A stretch of DNA of 64,000 nucleotides from Octopus vulgaris. Lineage: Eukaryota. A program made the translations under genes and the position numbers. The DNA is taken from the NCBI GenBank assembly GCA_951406725.2, contig OX597816.1:138694001-138758000 (forward strand), written 5' to 3'. The notes under the pieces are model-generated. The model did not search any database. It was not told the origin of the DNA and saw only the letters and a program-made list of their open reading frames with translations. How positions within the stretch are numbered: the stretch's first letter is position 1; each line of letters opens with the position of its first letter. This document shows positions 1 through 13,563 of this stretch, in pieces.

Positions 1-608
1 TGACTTTTTTATACATGCTAGGCCACTGGTAGGGAAATGTTTGAAAAAAAATCGCTACCCTATATTTTACGTATATATATGTATATATATATGAATATAT
101 ATATATATATATATATCGCTTTGGGATTTGGTTTGCAAGATTCTTTATATGACTTCGTGTGTTGAAGCATATTCTGTTGTGTCTGGGGAGAGTCATTTTC
201 TTTTTGTGCCTTATAATTTAACACACTCACCGGTAAAATTTCCACTTATTCCTTATTTTTATATTCTTAAAATTTTCGTTGCGCCTTGCAACCATTTCAA
301 TAGTCTTGGCTCTGTCCCTTATTTACACTGCGTTCCTTTTTGTTTGTTTGTGCGCATGTGTGTGGGTCAGTATGTGTATGTGTGCTTATGCATGCATGCA
401 TGTATGTATTTATGTACGTATGTATGCATGTTTATGTATATGTGTGTGTATGCATCTGTATATATGTATGTGTGTGCATCTGTATGTATATATTCTGCAT
501 ATTCATGTGCTTGCATGTCCGTGTTTGTGTGTTTTTTATGTATGTGTGCATGCGTATGTTTGTATATGAATGCACCTCTGTCTGTGTGTGTGTTTTGCAA
601 CTATGTAC

Positions 609-676
609 CATCCGTTTAATGTAAATAATGTAAATAATGTACATAATTCCTCATCTCTTCAATATAGAACTGTATT
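609..676 (+). mobile_element. 3' tail fragment of the hammerhead-bearing (Penelope-like) element seen at 27603-27753
   Basis: ATCCGT..AAATAATGTACATAATTCCTCATCTCTT(C/A)AATATAGAACTGTATT matches the reverse complement of ~27603-27662. Confidence 0.6.
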
Positions 677-759
677 CTTGCTTTCACTGATGTAAGTCAC
701 CATCTTTCTGTTACTACCTTTCCCTCAGACTAATACTTTTGCAACCTTCTTATTTTAAC

Positions 760-931
760 ATATAATTCGCTCAACGCGCCTGTGGGGACATATAGATTTT
801 TATTGAAAACCATTTAGCCTATTATTGAACTGAATGTTAGTGGAATATGTATGCAAGGTTTCGTAAATATTGGTTCGCTGGTTTAGGCACTAAGATGATA
901 ACAGACAGAAATTGCCATTTATATATATAGA
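760..931 (-). mobile_element. Helitron-like 5' end fragment
   Basis: Minus strand starts A|TCTATATATATAAA..TCTGTCTGT, the same 5' style as the Helitrons at 34846 and 36388; no matching 3' end located, left boundary approximate. Confidence 0.35.
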
Positions 932-2234
932 TATATACATTTTTAATATAATTAAAAACAATTTTTAATATAAATTACCTCGTTTGAAAACTCTTAATTT
1001 TATATGTGTATATATATATTATATATTATATATATATGTGCCTGTGTGTGTGTGTGTGTGTGGAATGTTCATGTTTTATGCTTTTAATTACGCTTGTGCA
1101 TTGTTTTCCAGTAGACACACATGTAAAACCAATCCTGCAGGAGTTAAAGAAACATCTTGTAATTTCAGCTTCAGTCGATAATTCAATAAAAGCCTCTCCT
1201 ATCTTTCACTCACAACTGCCACCTAAAATACATAAAAAAAACACGTTACTAGCCTGAATACTTTTTTTCATTTTAATTATTTATTCTATTTTTTTGTTAT
1301 TTATTTATTAGTAGAACCAGTTCTGTAATCCTTAAAATAAACCGTTACACCGATCTACACCTCGTCTGCTGTGAATACATAATAAATAATTATGACTATT
1401 AAATATGATTTAAGGGTGTTCTGTTTTGTAAGCCATTTGCGAGAAATGTTAAGCTGTTTTCATTATCAACCATATCGTATATCAGTTGGAGAGATTAGAT
1501 ATTAATTCAACATGAAGGGAGTGAAATATAGTTAATCTACTTAGAACGCCGTCGTGTTTGCTCGTCCATTTCCAAGTCTGAAGTTGAATTAAGAGCAAGA
1601 AATAGTTTGTGTATTTTTCACAGCAACTCTGTAGCCAGTCAGGTTGTGTTTCAAATTCCTGGGTCAGGGTTTACTTAGTATAGATATCTGGAGCGCTCAT
1701 AGGTTATTAGCTCTGCTGTTGGTGTATAATTTTAGCCTTAATTTACTAAATCATTTTTACATGCTCATAGCATATACAGTAAGTTAGAGGGAAGCTTATA
1801 AAATATCCGTGATCGTCATACGGTTTTGATTTCCCTCCATATCTTTTGCAATTCCCTCGTTGAGTTATATGAGAATGTATGACTGCAACAGAATTTCGCT
1901 TTCATTTCAAAGTATATCTAAGGAATTTGCACATTTATCAGAAACCTGTGTTTTTGTAAGATTTAAGAAAACTTATGCTTTATAAACTGTTGCGACACGT
2001 CTAGCTAACCTTCAGCTCACAATACTGCAGCACAGCAATGAAAATCCTCATGAATGACCTGATATAGCTGGCAGCCGCCAAAAACTTTACTTTATAGCAC
2101 GCCAGAAAAACTCTGTTCGTAACTAACAATATATCGATTACTTTACACATTTCTTAATAGTCATACATCCAACTGTACAAGCAATGTGTGTGTGTGTATA
2201 CGTGTGTATATACATATACATATACACACATACA

Positions 2235-2297
<63 letters not shown>

Positions 2298-2299
<2 letters not shown>

Positions 2300-2458
2300 T
2301 CGTGACCGACCAGGCTATCAGATGTTGCTACACATCACTGGTCATATTGCGCTTCGCATTGTTTTAGCTCAAATAAACACTCACAACGCCCGGTCTGGAA
2401 ATCGAAACCGCGATCCTACAACCGCGAGTTCGCTGCCCAAACCACTGGGCCATTGCGC

Positions 2459-2460
<2 letters not shown>
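2298..2460 (-). mobile_element. tRNA-derived SINE (family C), partial
   Basis: Minus strand AGGCGCAATGGCCCAGTGGTT..GGTTTCGATTTCCAGACCGGGCG has A/B-box-like motifs and matches the head at 59229. Confidence 0.75.
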
Positions 2461-2509
<49 letters not shown>

Positions 2510-2528
2510 CATATATATATATAAGTGA

Positions 2529-2750
2529 AGGCGCGTGGCCTAGTGATTGGGATGTTGCACTCACGATCGCTAGATCGCGTGTTCGATTCCTCGACTGGAC
2601 GGTGCGTTAAGTCGATTACATTGACCCAAATGTTCAAGTTGTACATAATTGCTCCCTTCGACCAGGGAGGATTGTTGGCCTACTCGTCTAGCCAGCAGGG
2701 TGGCGTTATTCGAATGCAAAAGCGCATTGTGACCTGCGATGCGTAACAAC
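2529..2750 (+). mobile_element. tRNA-derived SINE (family D)
   Basis: GGCGCGTGGCCTAGTGATT..GTTCGATTCC head; related copies at 26370 and 60137. Confidence 0.7.
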
Positions 2751-3084
2751 ATCACGTGTTATATACATAATATACATATATGTGTGTGTATGTATGCACA
2801 TAAATATACATGTGTGTATTTAAGCGTGTGTTTATAGTTGTGTGTGTGTTTGCCCCTCATTGCTTAAGAGCTGGTGCTGGTTTGTTTACTTCTCGGAAAC
2901 TAAGCGGTTCGTTAAAAGGGAAGGACCAAATAAGCACCAGAATTAAAAAACAGGTACTGAGGATCGAGTTTTTCGGCAAAACCCCATGGCCAAGTGAAAG
3001 TTAAAAGTTAAATGGACAAGAATTTTCTGTCATATCTATGGTTCAAGTGTTTAGTATTGAAACACCTCTGTACATCATTCGTAG

Positions 3085-3640
3085 GAGGGTTAAGTCGATT
3101 ACATTGACCCAAATGTTCAAGTTGTACATAATTTACCGATGCGAAAGGATGAAAGGCAAAGTCGACCGTATGGAATTAGAACTCAGATCCTAAAGATGGA
3201 CGAAATGCCGCTAATCATTCTGCTAACAATTCTGCCCGGTCACCGCCTTAATCTGAATAAATATTGGTTTCAAATTTTAGGCATAAGGCCAGCAAAAATC
3301 TAGGGAAGAGATTAGTCGATTACATCACCCCGAAAGGATGAAAAGCAAAGTCGATCTCGACGGATTTTGAACGCAGAGCGTAAATGCCGAAATGCCGCTA
3401 AGTATTTTGTCGAGAGTAGTAACGATTCTGCCTAATAAATATTCTTGTATATTCTCAATCTGAATGAATATTGCCTGCTTCTATTTTATATCATATTACA
3501 ACGATAACCGGGACGAAATGTTACGTAGCCAGTGATACCATCGTCTGCTAGAAATTACGTTCTGAGATTCAAATTACCTTTCGAGGTCGACTTTGCCTTC
3601 TCATCCTTTCAGGGTCGATAAATATAAGTATCAGTTCCCA
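3085..3640. mobile_element. Cluster of degenerate family B SINE fragments in both orientations
   Basis: Repeated GAAAGGATGAAAGGCAAAGTCGA / TCGACTTTGCCTT(T)CATCCTTTC core at ~3144, ~3332 and ~3588. Confidence 0.7.
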
Positions 3641-3768
3641 AATATTCTTGAGTCTCATGACAATAATCTTTATTGGCAGGCTTAGCATAACATTATGATG
3701 CCTAATTAAAGTGGCTAGCACGCTGATCTATAAACACGTCAGCAAAATGCTTAACGGTATTTCTTCAA

Positions 3769-3989
3769 GGCGGCGAGCTGGCAGAAGCGTTAGCACGCCG
3801 GACGAAATGCGTAGCCGTATTTCGTCTGCTGTTACGTTCCGAGTTCAAATTCCGCCGAGGTCGACTTTGCCTTTCATCCTTTCAGGGTCGATAAATCAAG
3901 TACCAGTTACGCACTGGGGTCGATGTAATCGACTTGATCCGTTTGTCTGTCCCCTCTATGTTTAGCCCCTTGTGGGTAGTAAAGAAATA
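3769..3989 (+). mobile_element. Young family B SINE nested in an older related copy, 13-bp TSD
   Basis: GGCGGCGAGCTGGCAGAA head, GAGTTCAAATTCC B-box-like motif, TSD GGTATTTCTTCAA at 3756-3768 and 3990-4002; host copy continues ~4003-4160. Confidence 0.9.
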
Positions 3990-4429
3990 GGTATTTCTTC
4001 AACCGTTACGTTCTGAGTTCAAATTCCGCCGAGATCGACATTACTTTTCATTCTTTTGGGGTTGATAAATTAAGTACTACCTGAGCACTGGAGTTGATGT
4101 AATGGATTAGCCCTCTCCTCCAAAATTTCAAGCCTTGTGCTTAAAGTAGTAAAGATTATGATACCTAACCAATTAGCACTGGTTTGGCCGTTTTTGAAAA
4201 ATGCGTCTGTGTAGCCATCCATGGAGATGCATTGTCAATTGAGACTCGTAGAATTTTAAGTAATGAAGTATACATTACAACGTGGGTAACTGTTGTGTGG
4301 GGAGTATTATTACACTGGTTACTACAGTATAGTTGTACCTAGCCACGGAGATACTTGTCAGTTGAAACTTGTAATAGTTTCATCAATGAAAGATATGTTG
4401 CAACGTTGCTAACTTCCAAATGGTTAGTA

Positions 4430-4446
<17 letters not shown>

Positions 4447-4460
<14 letters not shown>

Positions 4461-4823
4461 TGAAGTTGTGTGAGTGTCTGTCTCCTACGATTTAGATTCC
4501 TAACTACTCCCACATTTTGCGGTGCAGTTTAACCAAAACCGGGTATCTTATATCGTGATTCATATCGAGCCCTTCTGGGTATTAGCGCGCGTCTACGATG
4601 AGTCTACGATTTTTAAAATAATTTACCATAATTGTTTTCCATTTTAAATAAAGGGAAGTAACTTTCTAAAAATGTCTACGATGAGTCAACGATTTAAAAA
4701 AAAATTTACCATAATTTTTTTTCCATTTTTAATGCATTTTTTGCTGTTTTTTAGATATAACTCTCTAAATGCTTTATAGTTATTTCCCTTACAAACCCGA
4801 GCAACGCCAGGCGATACTGCTAG
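4447..4823 (+). mobile_element. Non-autonomous Helitron, copy 1
   Basis: 3' end CCCGAGCAACGCCAGG hairpin followed by CGATACTGCTAG|T; near-identical to 36388-36786; 5' end merges into (TA)n. Confidence 0.8.
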
Positions 4824-4834
4824 TATATATATAT

Positions 4835-7433
4835 GATTTTGATTTTGATTTTGATTTTTCCAGTTTCAGCTAATGAGCTGTGGCCATGCTGGGGCACCGC
4901 CATTTGGTTTGCTACACGGGTTTACCTCACGGATGCTTTTTAGCAAACGCCATCTGATGCATGAGAGAGTTCGATGCAGCTGCCCTCATATGCACCTCCT
5001 GCCGTGAAGTTGGTTCATCCGGGACACCTGACAGGAAGAGATCCAGTCCTACTTTAAAGACATCCGCATCTACACCATGCAGGTCCCTCAGGTTCTTCGG
5101 GAGGACATTGAAGAGCCGTGGGCCTCTGAAGCCCAGGCTATCACAATATCTTGTCCTACATCTTGATGGCAAATTTGGAGTCCTTGGTACTACGCAGTGG
5201 CGTCCGGTTCTGGCGTTTGTGTGACTCTCGATGCCAAAGTCTGGGACAAGACCTTCCAGGATCTTCCAGATATATATTATGGCATATCTTTCTCGCCTAC
5301 GCTCCAGGGAATAGAGCTTTAATCTCTTGAGTCTCTCCCAGTAGCTCGTATGCTGCACAGAGGCTATCTTCTTCGTGTAGCTTCGTTGGATCGCCTCAAG
5401 TTCTGTGATCAACTTGACACTGGATGGTGACCATAGCTGAGAGCAATAGTCAAAGTGGCTTAGGACAAGTGTCTTCCAGAGGACCATCATGGTTTCTTGT
5501 TCTCTTGTTCTAAAGGTTCTAAGAATCCATCCAGCCAGCCGTCTGCATTTCATTGTCAGTTTAGCAACATGTACATGAAAGGTCGCGTCATCACTCATGT
5601 GAATACCCAGGTCACGCACTGATTGTGCCTCTGGGATTGCAATCCCTCCGGGTCCAGTGTATTCATTGGGTATTGCATTCAGTTTTGCATGCTGATAGTA
5701 TAAAGCTTGAAACTTTTCAGCATTGAACTGCATGCTATTCTTTTCAGCCCACTTGTATATTTAGTCCAGCTCACATTGCAGGTGCTTAGTGTCTTCAGGG
5801 TTCTGTATTGCCTGTGAAACTTTTGTATCATCTGCATAACTTGTGATCGTGGCTCTCCGCGTGGCTGAGGGCATGTCTGAGAGGGCCATTATGAAGAGTA
5901 GTGGTCCCAAAACAGTGCCCTGTGGAACACCGCTCACTATTCGCGTGCTAATGGAAGTGGCCCCATTGGCTGCTACCACCTGACTTCTATTCTTCAGAAA
6001 GTCATGAAGCCATTCTCCTAGTTTTCCAACTATGCCAAGATCACGCAGTTTGTGACATATCATTCCATGATCGACTTTATCGAAGGCCTTTGCGAAGTCG
6101 AGATATATGACTTCCACATTTGAGTGATTGAGCAGTTGTTTCAGCACCCAGTCATAGTGCTGCAGGAGCTGAGTTAAGCAGCTTCTTCCTGGTCGGAAAC
6201 CATGTTGGGTGTCAGGCAGCAAGTCATTTTCTTCAAGGAAGGTGATTAGTTTCCTTCTGACTATTCGTTCCATGACCTTGCTGATGTGTGAGGTCAGAGA
6301 GATAGGTCTGTAGTTCTTGGCCTCCGCTCTGCTACCTCCTTTATGAATAGGGCATATTTTACCTTCCTTCAGTTTTCTTGGAAGTTTGCCAGCTGCAAGG
6401 AAGCTCTGAAAGAGGAACTGCAGTGGTCTTGCTAGGACTCTCTTACATACTTTTAGGAGGATTGCCGGGAATCCATCGGGGCCAATAGCTGAGTCTGTTT
6501 TCATTTCATCTATAGCCTTTATTACATCGTCTTCCTTTATATCGATGTAATTTATCGTCGCCGCCTCTGATTCTATATCTGCAGTGGTAAAGAAGTCAGT
6601 TGGATTGCTGATTTGGAAATGTCCAAGGGGTGGAGTGAAAACACTCTTGAATTGTTCATTCAGTATTTCACTTACCCTTATTGGTTTTCCTGTGAGTGTG
6701 CCATCCTTTTCAAGGAGTGGCCCTATCCTACAGTGCACCGTAGCTGTTTCTTTGGCATACCTGTAGAAAGCTCTGGGGTTAGTTTTTATGTTGTCTATAG
6801 CCCAGGCTTCTTTGTCTGCTCTCTCCTTCTCATGGGAGAGTTGCAGACAATTTTCAATTTCTAACAGTTTTATTTTCAGGCGGGACTTTTCACTGTTTTC
6901 AATTTGTTTGTTTAGGCGATTTGAAATTTTTGTACGCCGTCTCATTAAAATTTTCCTCTCTCTGGGGATTTTGTTCTTGTGTACAGTGGCCTTTCTCTCT
7001 GGGACACATTTGTAGCATATGGCTTGCATTACAGACATGAATTGTTGAAGTATCATGTCGATGTCCGGCGAAGAGAGACATTCAGGCCAGTTTTGTTTGA
7101 GGATCTCTTTCTCAATTTGTTTCCAGTTTGCCTTATTGAAGTTCAAGCTGGAAAGATTCTGAGGGTTTCTTGTAGGCTGCATGTCCGTGCTCTCTTTTGG
7201 CCCGTACATGGTCAGCTCTACCATGTTGTGATCCGAGAGTAGTGTCGGTGTCACTTTCACATTATGGATGAGATCCATATTATTTGTGAAGCAGAGATCC
7301 AGTGTGTTACCTGCTCTGGTTGGTTGGAGTATACTTGCTCCATGTACAGGGTGTTGATGAGGTACAGGAGGGACCTCGCCTGTCCTCGTTCACATCTTGT
7401 CATTCCTGGGAGAGAAAGGCCCTCGGGCCATCT

Positions 7434-7436
<3 letters not shown>
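4835..7436 (-). mobile_element. 5'-truncated CR1-group LINE (end of APE endonuclease + RT), frameshifted
   Basis: ORFs 5761-7278 and 4927-5733. Motifs PTRAGNTLDLCFTN, SDH, NYRPISLTS, QHGFRPGRSC, YLDFAKAFDKVDH, GVPQGTVLGPLLF, YADDTK, LERRRER. (AAAATC)n 3' tail at 4835-4860; flanked by (TA)n on both sides. Confidence 0.93.
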
Positions 7437-7510
<74 letters not shown>

Positions 7511-7859
7511 TGTTACGAATATAAAATTATATTCAAATAATTTCTCATTCGTACGACGCCGAATTAGAACATCACTCTCTGTTTTTGCAAGCAAATTGTC
7601 TTGCTGAGCTCGCTTACGGTCTTCCGAGATATCGGACACAGACAATTGGAGCCTGTTGGTGGTGTCGGGAAGCCGCGTGGGGCGTAAATACATACACACA
7701 CACATATATATATAAAATTGTTTACTGCACGATAACGGTATTTATCCATTGATTGTATTGCCTGTTATGATTTGTGGAAGCTTCAGCAATGAAAAATGTT
7801 TAAAAGTTGGTAATTGCCGTAGTATCATTATATATCAAATGAATTACTGCAGTATAACA
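7511..7859. mobile_element. Possible solo LTR
   Basis: ~350-bp block bounded by TGTTA...TAACA; no convincing TSD. Confidence 0.3.
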
Positions 7860-7950
7860 TCAATTCTCACAGTGATATATACGAAAATACTCACAGCTTG
7901 AATCACCCTGAAATATAAGTTCCTGCAACAAGCTATTCCTGGAGTGGTTA

Positions 7951-8402
7951 GGAGTGGAGTGGCTGTGTGGTAAGTAGCTTGCTTACCAACCAGATGGCTC
8001 TGGTTCAGTCCCACTGCGTGGCACCTTGGGCAAGTGTCTTCTACTATAGCCTCGGGCCGACCAAAGCCTTGTGAGTGGATTTGGTAGAAGGAAACTGAAA
8101 GAAGCCTGTCGTATGTATGTATGTATGTATGTATGTATGTATGTATGTATGTATGTATGTATGTATGTATGTATGTGTGTGTGTGTGTGTGTTTGTGTGT
8201 CTGTGTTTGTCCCCGCAACATCGCTTGACAACCGATGCTGGTGTGTTTACGTCCCCGTAAAATTGTGATTCGGCAAAAGAGACCGATAGAATAAGTAATA
8301 GGCTTACAAAGAATAAGTCCCGGGGTCGATTTGCTCGACTAAAGGCGGTGCTTCAGCATGGCCACAGTCAAAATGACTGAAACAAGTAAAAGAGTAAAAG
8401 AG
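7951..8402 (+). mobile_element. tRNA-derived SINE (family A) with internal microsatellite
   Basis: GGAGTGGCTGTGTGGTAAG head, GGTTCAGTCCC B-box-like motif, CORE-like ACCTTGGGCAAGT, internal (TATG)n/(TG)n, (TAAAAGAG)n tail; at least 7 related copies in the window. Confidence 0.88.
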
Positions 8403-10685
8403 TATCCTTTAGGTGTATTGCGTATATGAAGACAACTGATTCCTCTGAGAGTTTACGTGAGATCCTCTAAGTGGTCACTTGCTAGGCATCAAATAGGCAA
8501 ATCGCATCAAAATTACGCCGTACCCTTGTAAATGCATAATTTGGAATATGTATTTACTGATATACGAAAAATGCCCTTGGTTGTAGACTAGCTTGACTGG
8601 AGCTGGCCGGGATCGAGGCATCAACGTTAAAAGCACCTGCTCTCCCCTGAAAATTAGCGCCATTGCTACTTTAACACTTTCAAATGGTACACGACAAAGA
8701 AAATCCCTCGCAAGTTTTATAGTGCTGCCACAGCTTAAAGGCATCTGCGAAAACATCCTATGTTATCCGACTATCAGGTTATGTGAATTTGAACGTCGAT
8801 GAACGTTAAATGATACATCACAATACCAGTTAGAATTGCTGAACACTAGGCTTTTTCTGCAGTATTTCTTATCTCTCTTTTTTTACTATATGCAACTGTT
8901 ATTTTCTTGTTATATTTTCAAACATAAGAAAAATGTTCGTTTAAATGATGTCACAAATCATTCAAAATAGCAATGCAGTGCAACATGATTAGACACAACT
9001 TCTCTTTTCTGAATATTTTTGCTTTGTGCACCACAACGATAATAAAAAAACAATGATTGGGCACGTGCAGTTACTCAACATACATATTCTTTCTGACGTT
9101 AACAGAAAAGCTTTCATGGAATCACTCGACCTCCTGGAAATGACAACCAAATCTACTCTATTGTTTTGAAAAGAAGAAACGGTGATGACATAGGCTACTT
9201 AAATAAAAGATGAAATAGTTAAAAATAGAACGCCTTCGACAATAGGTCTGCTTGATAAGCTGGAGCTGAGCAACAACTGCAACACTATATTCATTGTAAA
9301 TAGCTTAATATAAACTTTACATATCGTCATTTTCTCTCGAGTGATTATCGATGAAAAATATATTTATCTCACATAATTTCTCACTAATCATATTCCCATT
9401 TTTAAACTTATTCAGCGCATCAATCCGGCTATTATACCAAGCCTTCTTTTATCGAACAACGTACAAATAAAGAAATATATTGTGAGCTGCTCGTCTGTAT
9501 AAACGAGAGAAAATAAATGGGTATATTTTCGTACTTAATCAATCAGAGTAACATTTTGATACGTTCGAAAGAACTACACATAAACCATAGAAAAATAAGG
9601 TTCAAATGCCAAGCTTTCATTTCGCTTTTCTCATTTGTTTTCTGCTTTTCGTCCTGTAAAAAGCAAGCCCAAATGTCAAAAGAAATCTTATTTTAACGAA
9701 GGTCAAATCTTTTGACCTTAACTATCTAATGCTATTTTCCGTCCGTTGCCAATTGCCATTTTCAAGGCATTTACACTTTGACGTTTTGGCAATTGATCAT
9801 AATATATTATCACTTCTCATCGTTCACCCTGATTAAAGTTTTCTCATGAATTCATCATTGAGAGATGGGCATGTAAAGAACCAATACGATACTGAAATGC
9901 TGAAGTTAGCAGTGGATATAGATAGCATCACTTAGGTTAGGTAGTAGCAATAAACCAACTGATGATAATGACAACGATAATGGCTAGCTATGGTAGTATA
10001 TATTGTGATAAACTGGCTGATTTGATAAGGTGCTGAACTAGCATTTTGCGGGTCGTGGGTTCATATCTTTTGCGAGAGTTTTGTTGAGTCACTGGATCAG
10101 GACATCTAATGCAGCCTATCTAGCTCTACGAGTGATAAATAAATACTAAATCATACGGAAAGTTCATTTGTGATATATTGGTATAACGTTAATGCCATTA
10201 CCTTTAACAGTTAGTCAATATGTAATAAATATTTTATTACATATTTTATAGCACATATAATATCATATTTGTTTATTTAGTAGTCGCATCGTATACCATC
10301 AAGTAGATGACACATATCATATCAGGTAATAAATACATGAAACGGAGGATATAATGTACAACCTAAAATGCTAGATATTACATAGTTAGTAATGATATAG
10401 CAAACATCATTATAAATGTATATAAAGTTATTAATAAGGAATTATCAACCCTAGCAAAATGCTTTTTTCATACTAATCATACTGATCATACTAATACACC
10501 AGCCTAAGAAATGTTTTCCGATTGGTATTGAACCCCAGGTACTCCTAAGATGTATGTATGTAAGACAAGATCTGGACTTGGAATTCATCGCTAGTCGACT
10601 TTGTAAGTCCATGTTTGCATTATCCTGCTAATATGGTATTTCACAGTAATATACAAAAATAAGCATTAATAATAGGCTTTCCATA

Positions 10686-11004
10686 TTTATTTATTTATTT
10701 ATTTATGCATCGTAGACTTACAGCTGTTTCTGATATATATATTATAGGTACGTTCATAGTTCAATTTACTCAATCGGTGGATTGATCGTTTGAAACGGCC
10801 CTAACGAGTTTGCAATTCAGTGCGCAGGTTCTGATGATGATAGCATTTGTTAAGACGCTTCAGTTTCTTCCATTGATCAATCGACCGATTGAGTAATCGG
10901 AATTATAATGTATATCACCTATAATGTATAATTATAAGGTATGGCACCTATAATGTATATCAGAAACAGCTGCTAGTCTACGATGCACAAATGAATAAAT
11001 AAAT
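10686..11004. repeat. Fold-back element with nested inverted repeats and hammerhead-like motifs
   Basis: Outer arms TTATGCATCGTAGACTTACAGCTGTTTCTGATATA..ATTATAGGT / ACCTATAATGTATATCAGAAACAGCTGCTAGTCTACGATGCA; inner arms TTACTCAATCGGT.GATTGATC / GATCAATCGACCGATTGAGTAA; CTGATGATG in the loop. Confidence 0.75.
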
Positions 11005-11015
11005 GTGTACAGCTC

Positions 11016-11077
<62 letters not shown>

Positions 11078-11842
11078 TATATAGATAGACAGAGAGAGAG
11101 AGAGAGGAATGTGAAAGAGAGATAGAGAGAGATAGAGAGAGAGAGGAAAGATAGGAAAGTATAACCATATTCAACGAGCAGGCCCTAATGTGAATATCTC
11201 AATGAAATTAATTGACTTGAGAACAAGAATGAAAATTGCATAAATTCTTACGCATTCCGTTTTTTTGTTGTTTTTTTTACCACATTCATCTTTTCTGATC
11301 ACCATAAGCATCCGTAAGATACCAGCAATTTAATTTCAAATGCTTGTATTTATTTTCACAACCAGGATATATTGCAGAAGTGATGAACTGCTGACTCTCT
11401 ACAAAGATAAAATAAGACTTGCTAAATAACTCAATATTTTTCAAATGAAATGATCACGGAGATAACGTTAACACGATATTTTTACAGTATACAATACTTC
11501 TTACTTATACAGGCCTTAAATCAATTTCAAACAAAACTGAATGATGAAAAAGCTGTAATTTAAGCTTCGCAGTAATATTTTAGTGCCAACGTAGATCATT
11601 ACAACCTACCTCTGACGATTTTCGTCTTCTTATTCATAGTATATTTAGCTTGACCCACTCAAACTATTGGTGATCTCTGCTTAATGAAATCGACCGAGAA
11701 AGGTTTATTAACTAAGATTTACCACTTTTGTTGAAGTTATTTCTACAGATTTCCTACTGAAATTATAGCCAGCAGTGATTTGTTATGACGTTTTGGTTCC
11801 GAGTACGCCTAATGTAAACAATCTTATTGTTATTTTCATTAG

Positions 11843-12341
11843 GTGTATTTGGATACGAACCATCATAACAAAATAAGTCCTGGCTATAAAATCCTAGTAT
11901 GCCAGCTTACTGAAGCAATTACGAAAGGCAGTCAAGACGAAACGCTTAAGAAAACTGACGAAAGGGGTCTTGTTTCATCAGAAAAATGCCCCAGCACACA
12001 AATCCTTGATTTCACTGGCTGCTGTGCATGACTTTGAACTGGTTCATCACTGTGCTTTTTCTCCTTATTTGTCCCCAACTGACTATCATCTGTTTCCCAA
12101 CATGAAAAAACCCTTGGCTAGGAGCCAGTATCACCGTGATGATGACGTCATCCTTGCTATTGATGACATTTTGATGTACATGATGGAAGCTTCCTCACTA
12201 ATGGAATCCAAGCACTGCAACAGCCATGGAAAAAGTATCAGGACTGCAAAGGGGAGGAATATATTGAGAAATACACCTCATTTACTTACATTCCTCTGGA
12301 GTATCTTGCTCAGCCTATGAACTATTCAGCCGACCTTCTTA
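11843..12341 (+). mobile_element. Mariner transposase 3' relic with probable right TIR
   Basis: LFHQKNAPAHKS..FSPYLSPTDYHLFPNMKK (HDNAPxH and YSPDLAPxD motifs, decayed); ends CAGCCTATGAACTATTCAGCCGACCTTCTTA. Confidence 0.85.
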
Positions 12342-12400
12342 TTCTACTCATTGATTTTAGGAAAACAAAATATAACGGAATTGTTTTTTGCCAAGCATGA

Positions 12401-12494
<94 letters not shown>

Positions 12495-12575
12495 GTACGT
12501 ATGTATGTATGTATGTATGTATGTATGTATGTATGTATGTATGTATGTATGTATGTATGTATGTATGTATGTATG

Positions 12576-12657
<82 letters not shown>

Positions 12658-12663
<6 letters not shown>

Positions 12664-13200
12664 CATGCAGGAAGTAAATAGACACACTCTAATTTTCAAA
12701 ATTTCTAATCTAAGCCCCTTAATGTTTTCAGCGGTCTAGAATTTACAATGTAATTATTCTTTTTCATTCCAGGTGCCATTATATTAAACATTTGCGAAGA
12801 GTAACTATGCCACGCACAAAAAATTCAGCAGAACTGTCGGATTTTCAAAGAAGTCGGATTGTTGGGCAATCTGAGGTTGGTCTTAGCCAGCGAAAAATTG
12901 CCGAAAATCTTCAAATTCGTCTTGCTACTGTTAACAGAATTATAATGCAATCCAAAAGCCAAGGAAAACAATCAACAGATTCTCATCCCGGCCGACCTGG
13001 GCCCTCGGAAAGGAAGCTAAGCTGTTTGAAGAGAATTGAGGAAAACGAGTCCTGTTCGAAGACTTCTGATATAGCAAAACAGCTAGAATTTAGTTCAAGA
13101 ACGTGTGTTACATATCTGCATAAACTTGGGTATTATGGACGAGCAGCTAGAAGAAAACCTCTCCTTCAACTAATTAATATCAAATAAAAGATTTTGAAAG
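12658..13200 (+). mobile_element. Tc1-like transposon 5' relic (paired-type DNA-binding domain)
   Basis: From ATG at 12807: [45 protein letters not shown]; catalytic domain absent; putative TIR begins after TA at 12658. Confidence 0.82.
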
Positions 13201-13372
13201 TTAATGACGTCTACTTCATGCATGTCTGTGTATGTATGTATGTATGTATGTATGTATGTATGTATGTATGTATGTATGTATGTATGTATGTATGTATGTA
13301 TGTATGTATGTATGTATGTATGTATGTATCTGTCTATTTATGTGTGTGTGCGTGTATGTATGTATATACACA

Positions 13373-13416
<44 letters not shown>

Positions 13417-13485
13417 TACACACACACACACACACATATATATATACATGTTTACGCATGCACACACCCATATATATTTCGATAG

Positions 13486-13563
<78 letters not shown>

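Noticed and set aside
8475-8802. Overlapping ORFs with NGTR and GEQVLL, faintly like a Helitron helicase
   Set aside because: The motifs lie on opposite strands and the surrounding conserved residues are absent
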